From Balanoglossus misakiensis (lineage: Eukaryota > Animalia > Hemichordata): a DNA stretch of 64,000 nt. Each line of letters opens with the position of its first letter. Position 1 is the first letter of the stretch. The position numbers and the translations under genes are program-made. The notes beneath the pieces were generated by a model, which saw nothing but the letters and a program-made list of their open reading frames with translations, did no database searches and had not been told where the DNA came from. The DNA lies in contig CM082586.2 in assembly GCA_040954595.2 (NCBI GenBank), positions 7,533,337-7,597,336 on the forward strand, in the 5' to 3' direction. Positions 37,266 through 49,559 of this stretch are shown here, one piece after another.

Positions 37266-38177
37266 TTAGGGAGCATTCGTTTTTTACAGGGAGGGGGGGG
37301 CCGGTGGAAATCAGGGGGGGGTTTACTTTTACAAAGCAGTTTTTAGGGGGGGGACAAATTTTATAATCAATGGTTTGGGGGGGGGGACAATTTTTACAAC
37401 AGATTTGTATGGAATTATAGCAAACTTTGACGACTAAATGTTTATTTTGAGTCCGCAAAAATGCAGTTTCGCGCCCTTTATTTTACAAAATTTTCTAATG
37501 TGGGAGGGGGAAACCCCCTCCCACACCCACCCCCTCCATTCATCAACACCTTTCAATCATTGACTGGTTTATCTATAGTGTCCCAGGTCAGGGGACTTGC
37601 CCCCACCCCATGATAACTTTGAGCGGCGACGGTTAAATTTGTCCTCCCCAACATACCGGTAGTTGAGTTAATTTGCTTTTGCCGGGTTCATTAAAATGCA
37701 GCTTTGAGCTCTGTATTTTACAAAATTTTCTAACGTGGGAGGGGGACACCCCCTCCCAAACCCACCCCCTTCAATTCTCGGTTTACAATGTCTCCCAACA
37801 CAGAATACAAATACTTAAAAAATAAAAAAACAATGTTCAGTTTTAATACCCACTGATGAGGGGAAACATCAGTTTCAAATTCTTTTCATGGGAGTGCTGT
37901 TTTTCTTTTTTTACAAGATAGAATGAATGTAATTCTGAATAGAATCATATGTCAACAATAACAATGGTCAGTCTAAATATCTGACAAAGTTTGATAACTT
38001 TATTCAGGTGGATAAACTTTTTTTTTTGGGGGGGGGTCACATTTTACAATTGAAGAATTTAGGGGGGGACACATTTTAGAAAAGTAATTTCGAGGGGGGG
38101 TTGCCTTTTACATTTAGTCGGCGACTCAAATTCCACCGGCCCCCCCCCCCTCCCTGTAAAAAACGAATGCTCCCTTA
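37266..38177. mobile_element. PIF/Harbinger-type MITE (TTA TSD, ~40-bp TIR)
   Basis: tta-gggagcattcgttttttacagggagggggggggccggtggaa ... ttccaccggccccccccccctccctgtaaaaaacgaatgctccc-tta. Element spans 37269-38174. Confidence 0.9.
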
Positions 38178-38279
38178 CATAAACTGATGATATTCGGATA
38201 TAGGGTACCATCTGATTTCCAAAATATTGTAATTTCATTTGGGAGACGAAATAATGAAGAGGATAAAGTTATAAGACGC

Positions 38280-38804
38280 ACTGTGAAAGTTTGAAGTTAT
38301 TTTGTGGCACTGCTGCAAGTGCACGCATCGCAAAGATTACGCTGTCCGAACCGTCAAATCGGTGGCAACGAATAGTAGTTCCAGCGTGGCGTTGAGGGCA
38401 GTGTATGATTTTGGTGTCGCGAAAGGTATCATGGGTAATATGCGACGAGAGTTCTGCGTTGTGCGTGATTTCCCGTGCGTGATTACATCCCAGTTGGAAG
38501 TGAATTTCTATTGCGTCATTGGGAATTTGAAAGGAGCGCCCCGTCCTCAAAACGGAATATTATCCGTGAAATATTGGTTCTAAGAATTGGCCAGCAGTCC
38601 GGATGCAAGTTTTATCACGGACATTAGAAATTAATACTGCCTGAATCGCAGACAGAGTGGAATCTGTCCAACATTTTACTTTTACATGATAACGGATATG
38701 ACGTCATGATTTGTGTTCAAGATTCCTGTTGCAGTGTGCCTGTTTTGGATCGGATTTCTTTGGTCGCCGTGAATGTTCTAGTGGAGAAATTTCACCAGGT
38801 AATT
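38280..38804 (+). promoter_or_regulatory. CpG-enriched promoter-like island with a palindromic CRE and a first-exon-like donor
   Basis: CpG density is high relative to the flanks. ATGACGTCAT lies at 38698-38707 and CAG|GTAATT at 38798. Confidence 0.5.
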
Positions 38805-40250
38805 TGTAAATCATTTCAATCACGTACGGGCTTAAAAAGTTGTTACCCCAGCATTGACCAACTAAATTTTACACAGTATTTTATGCTCCGAAGTAAGCAT
38901 TTGGCCGAGTGACGCAACTAAATTTGTTTAACTCCAAACAGGACGATTGCTCCGCGAGGAATGAATTTTCTTAGAATTTCACAACTTTGATACATGTACA
39001 CAGGTCATTTCCCAGGGGTACTTCCTATCTTTTCTTCGCGGGGTCGAAGTTAAAAAAACATCAACCTGTGTGTGTTGGTGAAGTTAACCAATTTTATATT
39101 GGTGATTTCTAGTCAAAATTTGGGTCAGTTTAGCTTCATTTTCCATTGATTATCTGAAACATGTTCAACGTTATTCTTACTGACACATTGGAACCTGGTG
39201 TTTTTTTTTCTTCTCACATCATGTAAAGTCAACCCATCATCATGTTTTGATTTTTTAAAGCCCCCCCCCTTTGCGGCACATACTTGTACACCTAGCTATG
39301 AGAGTACCCCCCCCCCCCCCCACCTGCCTGGTCAGTGATGGCTGTATTGGATTTTTTGGACTATACCTATGGATGTGGTATTAAATCAAATAGGGCCTAC
39401 ATTGTTTGTGAAAATTTGCAACAATATGACTATGATATTGATCAGATTGTAATGTGACACAAATGACCATGCTAGATTCAGGGCTTCCACTGAAACTGTC
39501 AGATGGCACTTTTGCATCATTTTAAGGATAGTCTGTGTTCTTAAGATTTTAGTATTGGGGTGCATTTTTATGCATCAAATGGTCTTTCGTTCTGCTCCTT
39601 ACGGCATCATGGAATATCAAGTATTCTATTGCCATCATTGCATGTATTTAATGCAGTGTAACAATCAGTTAATGTTTGCAACACTTGAAGTCTATACATA
39701 AGTTTAACATTTGAAACCAGTGACATTCAAATGACTAAACCTGTTAATAAAGTTTTAATTTTGTGCTCAAAATTGTTTTCAACTTTCTTTCTTGCAGAAG
39801 GAACTTTCCATGTGATCTGACAAGACTTGGGGGAAAACAGAAATGGATGTACATTACTACAGCTGACCATTAAGTAGGGAAGTATTATTCTTTATTTATA
39901 CATTATGAATTTTATTCTTTTGCGTGGCAGCTACAATGTTTGGTGCAGGATTGTGCAGAATTGTAAATACTGGTGTGCTGCATAACATGGTAAGCATCTG
40001 CTATATTCAGTTTGGGTGTACTTCCACATGTTATGAGAGCAGTCAATCTGAATGAATGTATATTGAGCACTGTACAATGCATAGAACAAGTCTAGAGTAA
40101 TTTCCACTGAATGCCAGTGCATTGGGGTTTTTTTCATCAAAAAGGTAAGAGGTATAGATTTGAGACGGTAGTTTGATCGAAGACAGAACATTTTAATCAA
40201 GTGTGAAATACAGTTATGATAATAGACAGGGATAAAAGTATATAATAAAA

Positions 40251-40251
<1 letters not shown>

Positions 40252-40296
<45 letters not shown>
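40252..40296. repeat. (TGA)n microsatellite
   Basis: Directly visible; a shorter copy lies at ~41941-41960. Confidence 0.9.
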
Positions 40297-42403
40297 GTGC
40301 TTGTTTTTTAAGTAAGAAAGAAAGACACCAATAACAGTAGTTTGTACAAAGTGTATGTCAGCATGGTATTGTCAGTTTTTGGTCAATCTTCAAGTTACTT
40401 TGAGATGAAAAGGGGTGGAGAATGGAATTGTTCAGGTGGTACAGGTGGTGATTATTTGATTCTTAATGGTCTTAATTTAATCCAAAAAATAGTTGTAAAA
40501 TTTTGTCTGTTAGTCTTGGCATTGTTGTCGTAGTGGTATAAAGTAACGGTATAATATTATGGTTGTAATGGTATAAAATAACAGAAGAACAATGTTAGTG
40601 GAGGTTTAATTTAACCATAAATGTATTAAACTCAGAGATGTACTTTCATCTAAACAGTCGGTCACATTTGTCAGCCTAAACAAAGTGCATAGTTGACATT
40701 GCATACTGTGTGATTCTGTGTAGAGTTTTGCATGGCAAATGATTTGGGTACAAACTAGAGTAAAATGATCCTAGCACATGAGCTGTTGGTGCAAACATTT
40801 ATGACTGGTATAGATAAGATCATTAATATGATTAATGCATTTCTTTTTCCTTTCCAGATCTGGTAGAATGTATAGATTTGAGAGTGTACTCGCTAATGCT
40901 TTGTCATATTAACCAAATGAGTTTCATAATGTTGTGATATACTGCCAGGTATAATATTACATTTCTTACAGGGCAGACAACTGTGTTGAATACCACTCTA
41001 TGTGTGAGTGGATTTAATGCAAAAAAGTGTGACTACATGTATGTCACACAAGAGATAATACTATAATAATTGCTTAATATGTGTATTTTTTATAGGTCGA
41101 GATCTTGTAGTATCTATAGACATGAAGTTAATTGTGCTCACTGAAATTTTGTCATGATAACCATATGAGTTTCATAATGTTGTGATAGTTGATATATAAT
41201 TTGTACGGGCAAAGCTTTATATATGACTAAAATGTGGGTTTCCCCATTCTGACCTGGCCAGTCAGATTTGGGGAGGTCAACACCTTGCACTCGCAAACAT
41301 GACATACCTTGCACACACAAACATGACATACTGTACATGTACAAGCAACCAATCACACAAAGGGTTAATTGGTACCAAACTAGTATTATTTTGTGAATAA
41401 TGATTTAAATATTTGGAATTTGTGTATTTTTATTAATAACCTTTTTTCAGATATTGTTACATGCATTGTACTATTGATTCCAGAATATATGATTATAACT
41501 GCATTATGTAGGATTTGTATTTCAGATGTGTACCCATGATTTATTGTGTTTAATACCATCCAGTCAGTTTCACCAACAGCTCATTGTCCTCCTCCCCCCC
41601 CCCCCCCCTGTAATCTACTAAATGAACATTAAGAATTACTGGTGTATAATGTCAACTATGCGTATAAATACCGGTAATTATCATTTGAAATTTTAGTATT
41701 ACAAAAAATTTAGACTTTCTAATTTACATACTGATAAAAATAAACATATAATATAAAGAGTATAATAAAGCTAGATTAATAAACAAGAGACTAGACTTTG
41801 CAGAATGTTAATGGTTGAAACTTTTGTGGGTCATTTGATTTTTTATGTAATTCCTGTAATGGTGGTGGTGGTAGTTTTGATGTTGTTACTAATGGTTATG
41901 GGTATGGCATTGACGGTTATACTGATGTTGATTCTGGGTGTGATGATGATGATGATGATGGCTAAAAGACATAATTTAGTAATTCTGTATAATGAATTTA
42001 GGGAATAACTACTGAAAAGCCAATTAATAATTGTATAGTTTTTAGCATGGTGTAGTTTTCTTTAACGCACAACTCTACATAAGACAATTTTCCTGTTAGG
42101 AGCTAAAACTAGTGAAAGGTATAGGGTAGCAATTGCAATGTAAATAATAATGAAGAAAGGGGATAACTACTTAAATAATTTGTTGATGGTTTGTAGAATT
42201 TTTTGTCCCCACAGGAACTGCATCATTGACAATGATTTGTTAAGGGATAATGTGCATCACCTAGCTAACTTGTCTATGATAATAAATTAACATTTACTAT
42301 TTATTATTTGTTGCAGGTGTTGGGGTATGTTAATTAGCAGCCAAGTTGCAGTCTGTAGCAGTCAATCAGTTATTATTGTCTATTTACATATCTCTTCTCT
42401 TTA

Positions 42404-43885
42404 GTTTCAGATTTCCATGATGCAGTATAGCCTCCAGCCCATGATGCAATATATCCTCCTGTCCAGACGCCAAACGCATACAGGTAACCAGGTAACATGA
42501 TTCATGGGGTGTAGGTATGCAAATTTATTTTGTGTGAGCAGCCATTGAGTCATTGCATTCATAAGCCACAATGAAAATCCGAATGTCAGAAATGTCATAG
42601 ATTCACGTAAAAGTCTTATGATGTCTTGTATTCATGAAGACAAGAGAGCATATTTACTGTCATTTTGTTTGACACAAAAATACTTAGAAATATTTTTTCA
42701 TTTTTGCAGATAACAGCTTCTCCCTGATGATCAACATCTGCCAAACTGGATATGTAGGAATGCCTGTATATAAATCAGCCAAGCAGAGTTCAGAGGTAAC
42801 ATTTAAGTTGTAAACAGCATAAGCGGGGCATATGGTACAATTATTTTATTATGACTTGACCCCTTTAAAACTTGGTACATAGAAAGTGTACTGTGACGTA
42901 TATATGCACAAATATATATTTAGCAGTTTGATCCAGTAACAAAAAATACAAGTGCAAAGCCATTAGTCGGACATGATTGAACTGATTCTGTTCTGAGTAG
43001 CAGTCAGTTATATTTCTCTTTTTACACATTTTTTTTCTGATTAGTATCAGATTTCCATGATAGCCTCCAGCCCATGATGCTATATATCCTCCTGTCCAGA
43101 CATCAAATGTAAACAGGTAACCAGGTAACATGTTTCCTGTGGTGTGAGTATGCAAATTAATTTTGTGTGACCTCCCATTGAAGTGACAATCTGAATGTCA
43201 CAAAGGCTAAGATTTGTCCATCCATTCAGGCACAACAGTATGGCATCTTTTATTCATGAAGACAGGAGATGATCTGATCATCAGCAGGCAGGCATCTTTA
43301 TTCAACCAAAACTTCAAGCACAGAGCCATAGTCAGCCATGCTTGAACCAATTCTATTCTGACTTCACATGAGCATGATGTATCATGTAATTTACACAATT
43401 GTTCCCGTTAGTTTCAGATTTCCATGATGCAGTACCCGTATATCCACCAATCCATGATGCAATATATCCTACAGTCCAGACGCCAAGCTGGTAATTTTTA
43501 TAACCAGGTAACATGATTCCTGTGGTGCGAGTATGCAAATTTATTTTGTGTGAGCAGCCATTGAAGTACGTTCATAAACCACAATGAAAATCTGAATGTC
43601 ACAAAAAGCCAAGATTTGTCCTTACAGCCACTCACAACAGTATTGCGTCTTGTATTCTTGAAGACAGGATCGGAGATCATCTGTCCATAGATACATTTTA
43701 CTGTCATTTTGTTTGACACAAAAATGCTAATGGAAATAGTTTTCTTTTTTGCAGACTACAGTTCCTCCCTGATGATCAATATCTGCCAACCAAGATCTGT
43801 ATATACGTGTGGAGCAGTCGAGCGGATTTCAAAGGTAACATTAAAGATGCAAACAGCATTAGCGGGGCATAAGATGGTACAATTA
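42404..43885 (+). repeat. Three diverged tandem copies of a ~450-bp exon-intron-like module
   Basis: cagatttccatga...ccatgatgc.atatatcct...gtccagac...taaccaggtaacatg...gtatgcaaatt.attttgtgtga recurs at ~42404, ~43044 (partial) and ~43409. Confidence 0.85.
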
Positions 43886-44169
43886 CAGTCGAACCTCGTT
43901 AGAACGAAAACGTTTATAAGGAAAATCTGCTTATGAGAGAACAGTCATAGTCCCAAATTGGTGCCATTGTTTTCTATTGCCTTAGTTACCCCTTCGAACG
44001 CACATTTCTTTATCAAAACCCGTTTACAGCGAAGACATGGTCATGTGACTGTGTTACGAAGACTTTTTAACAATAGAAGATCCCGGTAAAAACACTGCCA
44101 CTCGCCTTTGATCAAACTGAAATGCTGTGTAACTTGTTTACACCTTGCTACGAACTCTGATGACTGTGC

Positions 44170-44634
44170 ATGTCAATTTGTCTCCAAATGATCCAATGTG
44201 GGGATCAGATCATGTGGCCATTGTTCTGATTTACCCCCCCCCCCCATTGCCACTGTTCTGATTTACCCCCCCCCCATTGACATTGTTCTGATTTACCCCC
44301 CCCCCCTTGCCATTGTTCTAAATTACCCCTTCACCATTGTTCTGATTTACCTCCCCCCCATTGCTATTGTTCTGATTTAACCCCCCCCCCCCCCCTGTAT
44401 TCGTGCCTGGAGCGTTACTCAGACTCTGCTTGTTGCATTGTCATTCAATCAAACTTGTGTGATTGCTCTTGAATATTAATGAGTTTGACTAAACAGGACA
44501 CCTACCTATTAAAGACCAAAATATGGTCCAAGTGTGTCCGTTATTGACAAGTTTCACTGTACCTGCATGTCAATTAAAGTTTGTCTACATGATCCAATGT
44601 GGGGATTCGACCATGTGGCCATTGTTCTGATTTA

Positions 44635-44667
<33 letters not shown>

Positions 44668-44700
44668 TGTGTCTGGAGCCTTACTCAGACTCAGCCTGTT
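44170..44700. repeat. ~30-bp minisatellite (cattgttctgatttac-C-run, about 6 copies) inside a locally duplicated block
   Basis: Units run from ~44218 to 44395. The flank atgatccaatgtgggga...tggagc.ttactcagactc is repeated at 44590-44695. Confidence 0.85.
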
Positions 44701-45854
44701 AATACAACGTCATTAAAGCATTAAAGATTTAATGAAACAATAAAGTTTAATGTACTTGCGTGTATATGGATGTCGATCATCACTTCATTTGTAACACTGA
44801 GAGCAGAAGAGGAACATCTCCCAGAAGCCATCAATTTCTTCATTAAGATGGAGCTGACAGGTTTGCTTCTGTGTGAATGTTAAATGTCTCTTAGCTGCTA
44901 TGATAAATCAGCACGAGGTAAGTGTAATGTTGTCTTTCTGTTTACAGGAAAGAAGAGGATTCATGTATGTGGAATTCAAAAGCCAGTGCATCAGAGCAGA
45001 GTTTCCTCGGACAAGATGACTTCCTTTTCGCGCCGCTGACATAAACCAACTTCGTACAGAACTTTTCCCCATACCGGTATGGGTTGCAGTTGAACATTGA
45101 TCATTCCCTACCTCAGTTATTATGAGCCAATAGTATTCCAATTTTTTGTACTTGTGTCAAACAGAGAGGGAGCTGGTTAAAATTAAATTCCGATTGGTAC
45201 ATTTCAGTATGTCAACACTGATTTAAGTTTGCTATTGAAATTGAAAATTTTCTAAAAATCCTGGGTTTATTACAGTCCTAAATTATCGCCATGGTTTGTT
45301 CAGCATAACCTGAAGGTTGTTGGGTCCTTATAGACACAATAAGCATTGCGCGTAAAAAGCACTGTGTGTAAATTAAGGCTAATTGCACTGGACACGGCAG
45401 CCTTCAGGTGTTTACCATTTAGCGTTAGAGCGCATAATTGCACCAACATAGACTGTATAAGAACAAGTTAAGCTGCGCTAAATGGTAAATGAAATAAAAA
45501 GAGATAACAGCATTATTCCTGTATTGGTACAACACTTATGTGAAACCGTTGTGTTTCGAAAGCAAACAATGAACTGTAAACAGTATTATTTGACTTGCTC
45601 CCTCTCTCTATAAACTTGAATTCTTTTTTCCATTATTGTACTTGATATAGGCATGATTTACTTGTGCTTTTTGAAAGAATTATTTAGTAATGTAGACATA
45701 GTGGTTTAATGGCCATATTAAGTCGTGATTAATATTGAAGTATGAACATGATGTAAATTATAGGCCACAAAGATTAGTCAGGGAAGCTTAATGGATTGGA
45801 TTCTGGTTTTCCATCCGTCAGTGTGACATGTTGATTTTTATTTACTTGCTTGTC

Positions 45855-45950
45855 CATTCATTCATTCATTCATTCATTCATTCATTCATTCATTCATTCA
45901 TTCATTCATTCATTCATTCATTCATCCATCCATCCATCCATCCATCCACT
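45855..45950. repeat. (TTCA)n-(CCAT)n microsatellite
   Basis: Directly visible. Confidence 0.95.
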
Positions 45951-46319
45951 CAATTATTTAATTATTTCTTATTTATGTGTTGGGTGTGTGTGTATGCATG
46001 TATACCCGGGTATGTATGTGTGTATATGTATGTAATTGAACATACACAAATGTCTGTATGTGTGTAGGTGCGTGTACAGGCATGTATAATGCAGGGGCGT
46101 AGGAAGCAATTCATGGTGGGGGGGGGGGGGGCAAATGTAACTACCGGTAGTACATTCTGGTGGCGAATGACCAACAATGTACATTTGCATATATGCATAA
46201 ATTTAAATAATTAAAGTAATATATGAATAAATTTTAATGACAAGTTGGGGGCAAGTACTTTGCTCTCCCCCGAACTTTAGCAGGTGGGGGGGGGGGGGGG
46301 TGAATGCATTTTCATTATT

Positions 46320-46965
46320 TTTGGGTGTCTGTTCTGTGGTTGTATTCTGGCATCTGTGATTGCCATGGTTATATTTTTTGAATTCATTATTTGAATTCTC
46401 ATGGTCTTTGGGTGTCTGCAGTATTACTCTGTGGTCATATTTGGCATCTGTGGTTGTACTTGGTTATCTGGCGAAGCTGGTTCCTCATCACGGTCTTTGG
46501 GTGTCTGCAGTAGTACTCTGTGGTCATATTTGGCATCTGTGGTTGTAGTTGGTTATCTGACGAAGCTGGTTCGTCATCATGGTCTTTGGGTGTCTGCAGT
46601 AGTACTCTGTGGTCATTGGTTATCTTTGGTTATCTGACGAAGCTGGTTCGTCATCATGGTCTTTGGGTGTCTGCAGCAGCTCTGTGGTCCTATTTTGGAA
46701 TCTGTGGTTGTATTTGGTTATCTGACGCGGGAAGCTGGTGTGACTACCCATTCAGACGCTGGTTCACCCCTCTCCCATTCAGACGCTGGTTCACCCCTCT
46801 CCCATTCAGACGCTGGTTCACCCCTCTCCCATTCAGACGCTGGTTCACCCCTCTCCCATTCAGACGCTGGTTCACCCCTCTCCCATTCAGAAGCTGGTTC
46901 GTCACCACCCATTCAGAAGCTGGTTCACCACCCATGCAGACGTTGGTTCACCACCCATGCAGAAG
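46320..46965. repeat. Two adjacent related minisatellites: ~75-90-bp unit (about 4 copies), then a 27-bp unit (5 exact copies plus decayed ones)
   Basis: tcatggtctttgggtgtctgcag recurs at ~46399, 46487, 46577 and 46653. cccattcagacgctggttcacccctct recurs at 46747, 46774, 46801, 46828 and 46855. Confidence 0.95.
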
Positions 46966-47454
46966 AAGTCACAAAATCGCTATCGCTCTTCAATTTTTAT
47001 TATGTCTCTGTGCGCGCGTCTTTCTTTTTCAGCAGTATGTTCTTTCTGATTTAATAAATAAAAAAATGTATGTCTGTGTGTGAATATTTTAACATTCGTG
47101 TCTTTCTGCATAATTTTTCCTCAGTGTTAGGGGGTATGTCTTTAATGAAGTTTTCCCAATGGCTATAACAGATGAGAAGGGTTCAATTTGCAATATATTT
47201 GAGAATACCATGCATGTCTGTAATAATCTGATTTGATAATGAAAACAATTGCAATAGATCCTTCTAGTCCAGTATAGTTTCCTGGGATCAATTCATTAGC
47301 CACGTAGTATTCAACCGTTGATATACCGGTATATCTGTTTTACTCTTTAATACTCTTTAATTATGATTTTTGCCATTAATTTACAATACATAGTATTTTT
47401 TTTGCATATATATGCATTGTTTGAGTGTTTACAGTACTTTAATTTTTTGATGAA

Positions 47455-48420
47455 AATTTTCTTGATAAATGCATAAATAATGTGTTTGCAGAAGCCATAT
47501 AGGCATAATTGTTGTTTTTAAATTGGGTGGGGCGGGGCATTTGATCATGAAATAACATGGCTTACAAGGAACACATTATTTACACTTTTTTGAATAATCA
47601 CAGTTATTTTACATTTAGACATTCATCTATGTATGTTTGTCTCTCCCTCATTCTTTGGGGGTCTTTAATGAATTTTTTCTAATACAAGATTTTCAATTTT
47701 CTTTTGCTTGATATTGAAAAGTAGTTAGTTTTCTTGATAAATGTATAAATAATGTGTTTGCAGAAGCCATATAGGCAAAATTGTTCCTTTTAAATTGGGT
47801 GGGGGCGGGGCAGTCAACTTGATCATGAAATATCATGGCTTACAAGGAACACATTGTTTATACTTTTTTGAATAATTGAAAATGGACGTTTCCACTTTTT
47901 AAAATTATAATTTATACACGTTCAGTTTCAGTTATTTTACATTTAGACATTCATCTGTGTGTGCGTCTTTTTTCCTCGGTCTTTGGGGGGTCTTTAATGA
48001 ATTTTTTTCCAATGCTAAAAGATTTTCAATTTTCTTTTACTTGATATTGAAAAGTAGTTAATTTTTCTTGATAAATGCATAAATAATGTGTTTGCAGAAG
48101 CCATATAGGCATAATTGTTGATTTAAAATTGAGTGGGGGCGGGGCAGGGAATTTGATCATGAAATAACATGGCTTACAAGGAACACATTATTTATACTTT
48201 TTGAATAATTGAAAATGGACGTATTTAAAATTATATTTTATACACGTTCAGTTTCAGTTATTTTACATTTAGACATTCAACTGTGTGTGTCTTTTTTCCT
48301 CAGTCTTTGGGGGTCTTTAATGAAATTTTTCCAATGCTACAAGATTTTCAACTTTCTTTTACTTGATATTGAAAAGTAGTTAATTTTTTGACACGTTTAT
48401 AGATATTGAAAAGTTAGTTT
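47455..48420. repeat. Tandem triplication of a ~270-335-bp unit
   Basis: ttttcttgataaatg.ataaataatgtgtttgcagaagccatataggc...ggcttacaaggaacacatt recurs at ~47457, ~47729 and ~48063. Confidence 0.93.
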
Positions 48421-49559
48421 TTATTTATGGAACAGTTTTGATGAGCTTGAGATTTATCCCAGTGTCCACGACTTTTTCCTCAATTTGGGGATCTCCCAGG
48501 AGATCCCCAAATTGGAGAGATTTCCAAGCGGCTGTAACAGATGAGGTTTCCTTCAAGTATTTCTCTTCAAGTCCAGTATACTTTCCAGCGATCAATACAG
48601 GAGTCACTTTTGACACCTGTATAGTGTTAAACAGTTTGATTTTATTCCTTTTTGTTCTTCCTATTTTAATATGAAATTTATGATTTTGTATTTTCTTGAC
48701 ACTTTTAAGTGTTAGTATTCATGGAATGCAGTTTCATTATACATTAAGTTCCACTATCTGTAACATTTTGCAACTTTTTCAGTAATTTCATGTATGCATA
48801 ATCAGCATTATTTATATTGTTAAAATTAGTATTCAAGTCAAAAAGTTACAGGTAGTGGCCCTATAATTGTAAACATATGTAGAACAGGATAACACCGAAC
48901 CTGTTATGATTTACTGAGAACACTTAGTTTATTCAGTGATGAACTATTAATATTTACCTTAAACTTTCAATACAAAAATTTGCTTGGTATTGTACCGGGT
49001 ACATTTTTAATATTTCTACTATTTTCTGTGCCAGGTTAGCATGTTCACTTGAAACTTAAGTTTTCTAAAGGCATTAAATTACATTACAATTTTTTGATAA
49101 CTTTGTGAATCTGCATAGTACCTACGCTTTCCCAGAGGATTTTTTCCCCCTTATTCTGTCAAAAAGGGGTTTTATCCCTGGGTTTTGGTGCGGGGTAAAT
49201 TTTCAGTTTATGCAATAAAGTACATGATCCGCTACTCATGTAAAATTGACCTGTATTGTGTGTGTGTATGCATTTGTATGGACTAGGAATGGAGACTAAA
49301 TTCGTGTGAGCAGTATGAACTGAATATGTATTCTCACAACTTTATTGTTTGATAAAGACTGAGTGTGTGCAAATTCAAGCAAAAATCATCACCAAATTCA
49401 TCTTTCTTTCAATACAACTGATTTCTATTATCCTTCACTGTCGTAATCAAAACTTTATCTCCAGTAGGTTTCGTACAGTTTGTTCAATAACCGCCTAGTT
49501 AGAGATGAGTGTGTGCTGTGTCTCTAAATAAAATGTTATATTAATACCATGAATAAGTT

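Noticed and set aside
40252-43900. C/D-box snoRNAs in the introns of the candidate non-coding unit
   Set aside because: The TGATGA hits are microsatellite or lack a properly placed CTGA and terminal stem; not supportable without an Rfam/snoRNA scan.
46520-47083. 187- and 132-aa ORFs and a possible CRISPR-like array
   Set aside because: Head-to-tail tandem repeats with no unique spacers, no cas genes and a eukaryotic context. The ORFs arise from the 27-bp period and have no supported splice context.
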